Shown piece after piece: positions 62,784-64,000 of a stretch of 64,000 bases of DNA (the stretch's first letter is position 1; each line of letters begins with the position of its first letter). The position numbers were made by a program, and so were the translations under genes. The notes beneath the pieces are model-generated. The model saw nothing but the letters and a program-made list of their open reading frames with translations, did no database searches and was not told the origin of the DNA. The DNA lies in IMG/VR virus record IMGVR_UViG_3300042897_000994, positions 64,001 through 128,000 of that record. One strand, given 5' to 3'. This DNA is from a virus.

Positions 62784-63612
62784 AGGTATAGGTCTTCCGT
62801 TTCCTGCAGAATATTCTTCATGTTCAAACTTATCCCCAAAGGGATTCAGATGGACTCACGGAGATTCGGCATATCACATTTACATAGATGGAGATATTGA
62901 AAAGGGTCTTCATACTCCTAAACATGCTGGAAAATATGGATGGCTTTGCGAATCTAGAGACATTTGTGATGAAATATACGGAAAGGTAAAATCAAACACC
63001 AGTTTGTACAAAAGATTCTTTTCTGGAATATTTACATGTGACAGAGAATTGCTGTCTGATCCTTTTTTTATTTATGCGCCTCCGGGTTCCAATTTGTCTT
63101 GGACGAAACCAAACGAAATGCAAATTTTTGAAAAGTCTAAAAGATGTTCGATGATCTCTTCTCCGAAGGATAGAACACCAGGCCACAGATTTAGATTAGA
63201 AATTGCAGCTCAACTACAACCCCACCTGGATCTTTTTGGTGGAGCTCACGGATCACCCAGAATCGGAGAAGGGGTCGGTCCGACAGGAGACTGGTGGAGA
63301 TCTAAATTACCTGCTTTACAAGACTATCGTTTTTCTGTAGTTTTTGAGAATGCAGTATATGAAAAGTACTACACTGAAAAAATTACAGATTGTTTTGCAA
63401 CTGGAACAATTCCAATCTACTGGGGAACAAGGTCAGTCACTGAAGATTTTAACCCAGAAGGAATAATTTTTTGGGAAGATTTTAAAGGGATCGATACTCT
63501 CACAGAAGATTTATATAATTCAAAAATAGAAGCTTTAAAAGAAAATTTAGAAAGAGTTAAAAAATTAGAATCAGCTGATGATGTTCTCTTTAAACAAATA
63601 ATTAGAAGATGA
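62773..63612 (+). CDS. GT10-like fucosyltransferase
   Basis: 'DYRFSVVFEN....YYTEKITDCFATGTIPIYWG'. Confidence 0.88.
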   Translation: MEIKGIGLPFPAEYSSCSNLSPKGFRWTHGDSAYHIYIDGDIEKGLHTPKHAGKYGWLCESRDICDEIYGKVKSNTSLYKRFFSGIFTCDRELLSDPFFIYAPPGSNLSWTKPNEMQIFEKSKRCSMISSPKDRTPGHRFRLEIAAQLQPHLDLFGGAHGSPRIGEGVGPTGDWWRSKLPALQDYRFSVVFENAVYEKYYTEKITDCFATGTIPIYWGTRSVTEDFNPEGIIFWEDFKGIDTLTEDLYNSKIEALKENLERVKKLESADDVLFKQIIRR

Positions 63613-64000
63613 AATTAAATCTCAAAAGAGTAACAGCTGTATGTATTGACGGCAGAGAAATGACTTCAGATATATTGGAAAGATACAAGCTGATTATGTC
63701 ATATATGACTTCAGTTGTAGACTTTCACGAAGTAAAATTCTTTGGTACTTTTGATCCTCAAATTCCTGATGTGCAGTTTAATCAAATAGCTCCGATGGAT
63801 GTTAATGGTTACTCAAAATTCTGTATATTTAGACTGAATGAAGTTGTAAATTCAGATTTTTGTCTCGTATTTCAAGACGATGGATTTATTGTTAATCCTG
63901 AATTATGGGAAGATGAATTTTTTAACTATGATTGGATAGGTTCTCCTTGGCCACTATATATGGGATGGCCCAGAGAAGGTCATCAAGTAGGAAACGGAGG
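63609..64000 (+). CDS. DUF5672-like glycosyltransferase-associated protein, truncated by the window end
   Basis: ATGA-coupled; 'YSKFC...L....SDFCLVFQDDGFIVNP..W..EF..YDWIGSPW...VGNG'. Confidence 0.8.
   Translation, partial: MKLNLKRVTAVCIDGREMTSDILERYKLIMSYMTSVVDFHEVKFFGTFDPQIPDVQFNQIAPMDVNGYSKFCIFRLNEVVNSDFCLVFQDDGFIVNPELWEDEFFNYDWIGSPWPLYMGWPREGHQVGNG

Noticed and set aside
1-64000. Stop-codon reassignment as in some large phages
   Set aside because: Conserved genes are full-length in code 11, and TAA, TGA and TAG all end genes at sensible boundaries.
1-64000. tRNA, rRNA, integrase or transposase genes
   Set aside because: None recognised by eye; intergenic gaps are short and explained by promoters and terminators. 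tRNAscan was not run.

Overview
64 kb of an AT-rich, densely coding, almost entirely plus-strand genome of a large T4-like myophage, read in genetic code 11. The host is probably Bacteroidota: there are no Shine-Dalgarno motifs, start contexts are A-rich, and there is a TAnnTTTG-type element. Layout: head module (late sigma gp55-like, gp4, gp2, portal, protease-scaffold fusion, major capsid; 0.5-9.3 kb); replication accessories (12-15 kb); neck, terminase and contractile tail (15.5-29 kb); DNA and nucleotide metabolism (29-36 kb); a cytosine hypermodification cluster (36-42 kb); tandem RimK ligases, an ECF sigma factor and fibre proteins (42-52 kb); Hsp20, holin-like and PhoH genes; and a GDP-fucose/glycosyltransferase cluster running off the right edge. 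Best leads: (1) a dCMP-type thymidylate synthase homologue, a T4 beta-glucosyltransferase-like protein, a GT47-like transferase, UDP-galactopyranose mutase and a methyltransferase in one cluster, suggesting an undescribed furanose-bearing DNA base; both transferases end in a clamp-binding-like 'IALF' tail. (2) An identical AGAAAAAAAAAGTTGA recoding-like site ends two unrelated genes, and there is a candidate +1 shift in the gp26/gp51 pair. (3) T4-style capsid-targeting leaders on two RimK enzymes and other late proteins. (4) Several promoter classes are readable, including a sigma54-like promoter with paired palindromes before Hsp20. All family calls come from motif recognition by eye; no searches were run.
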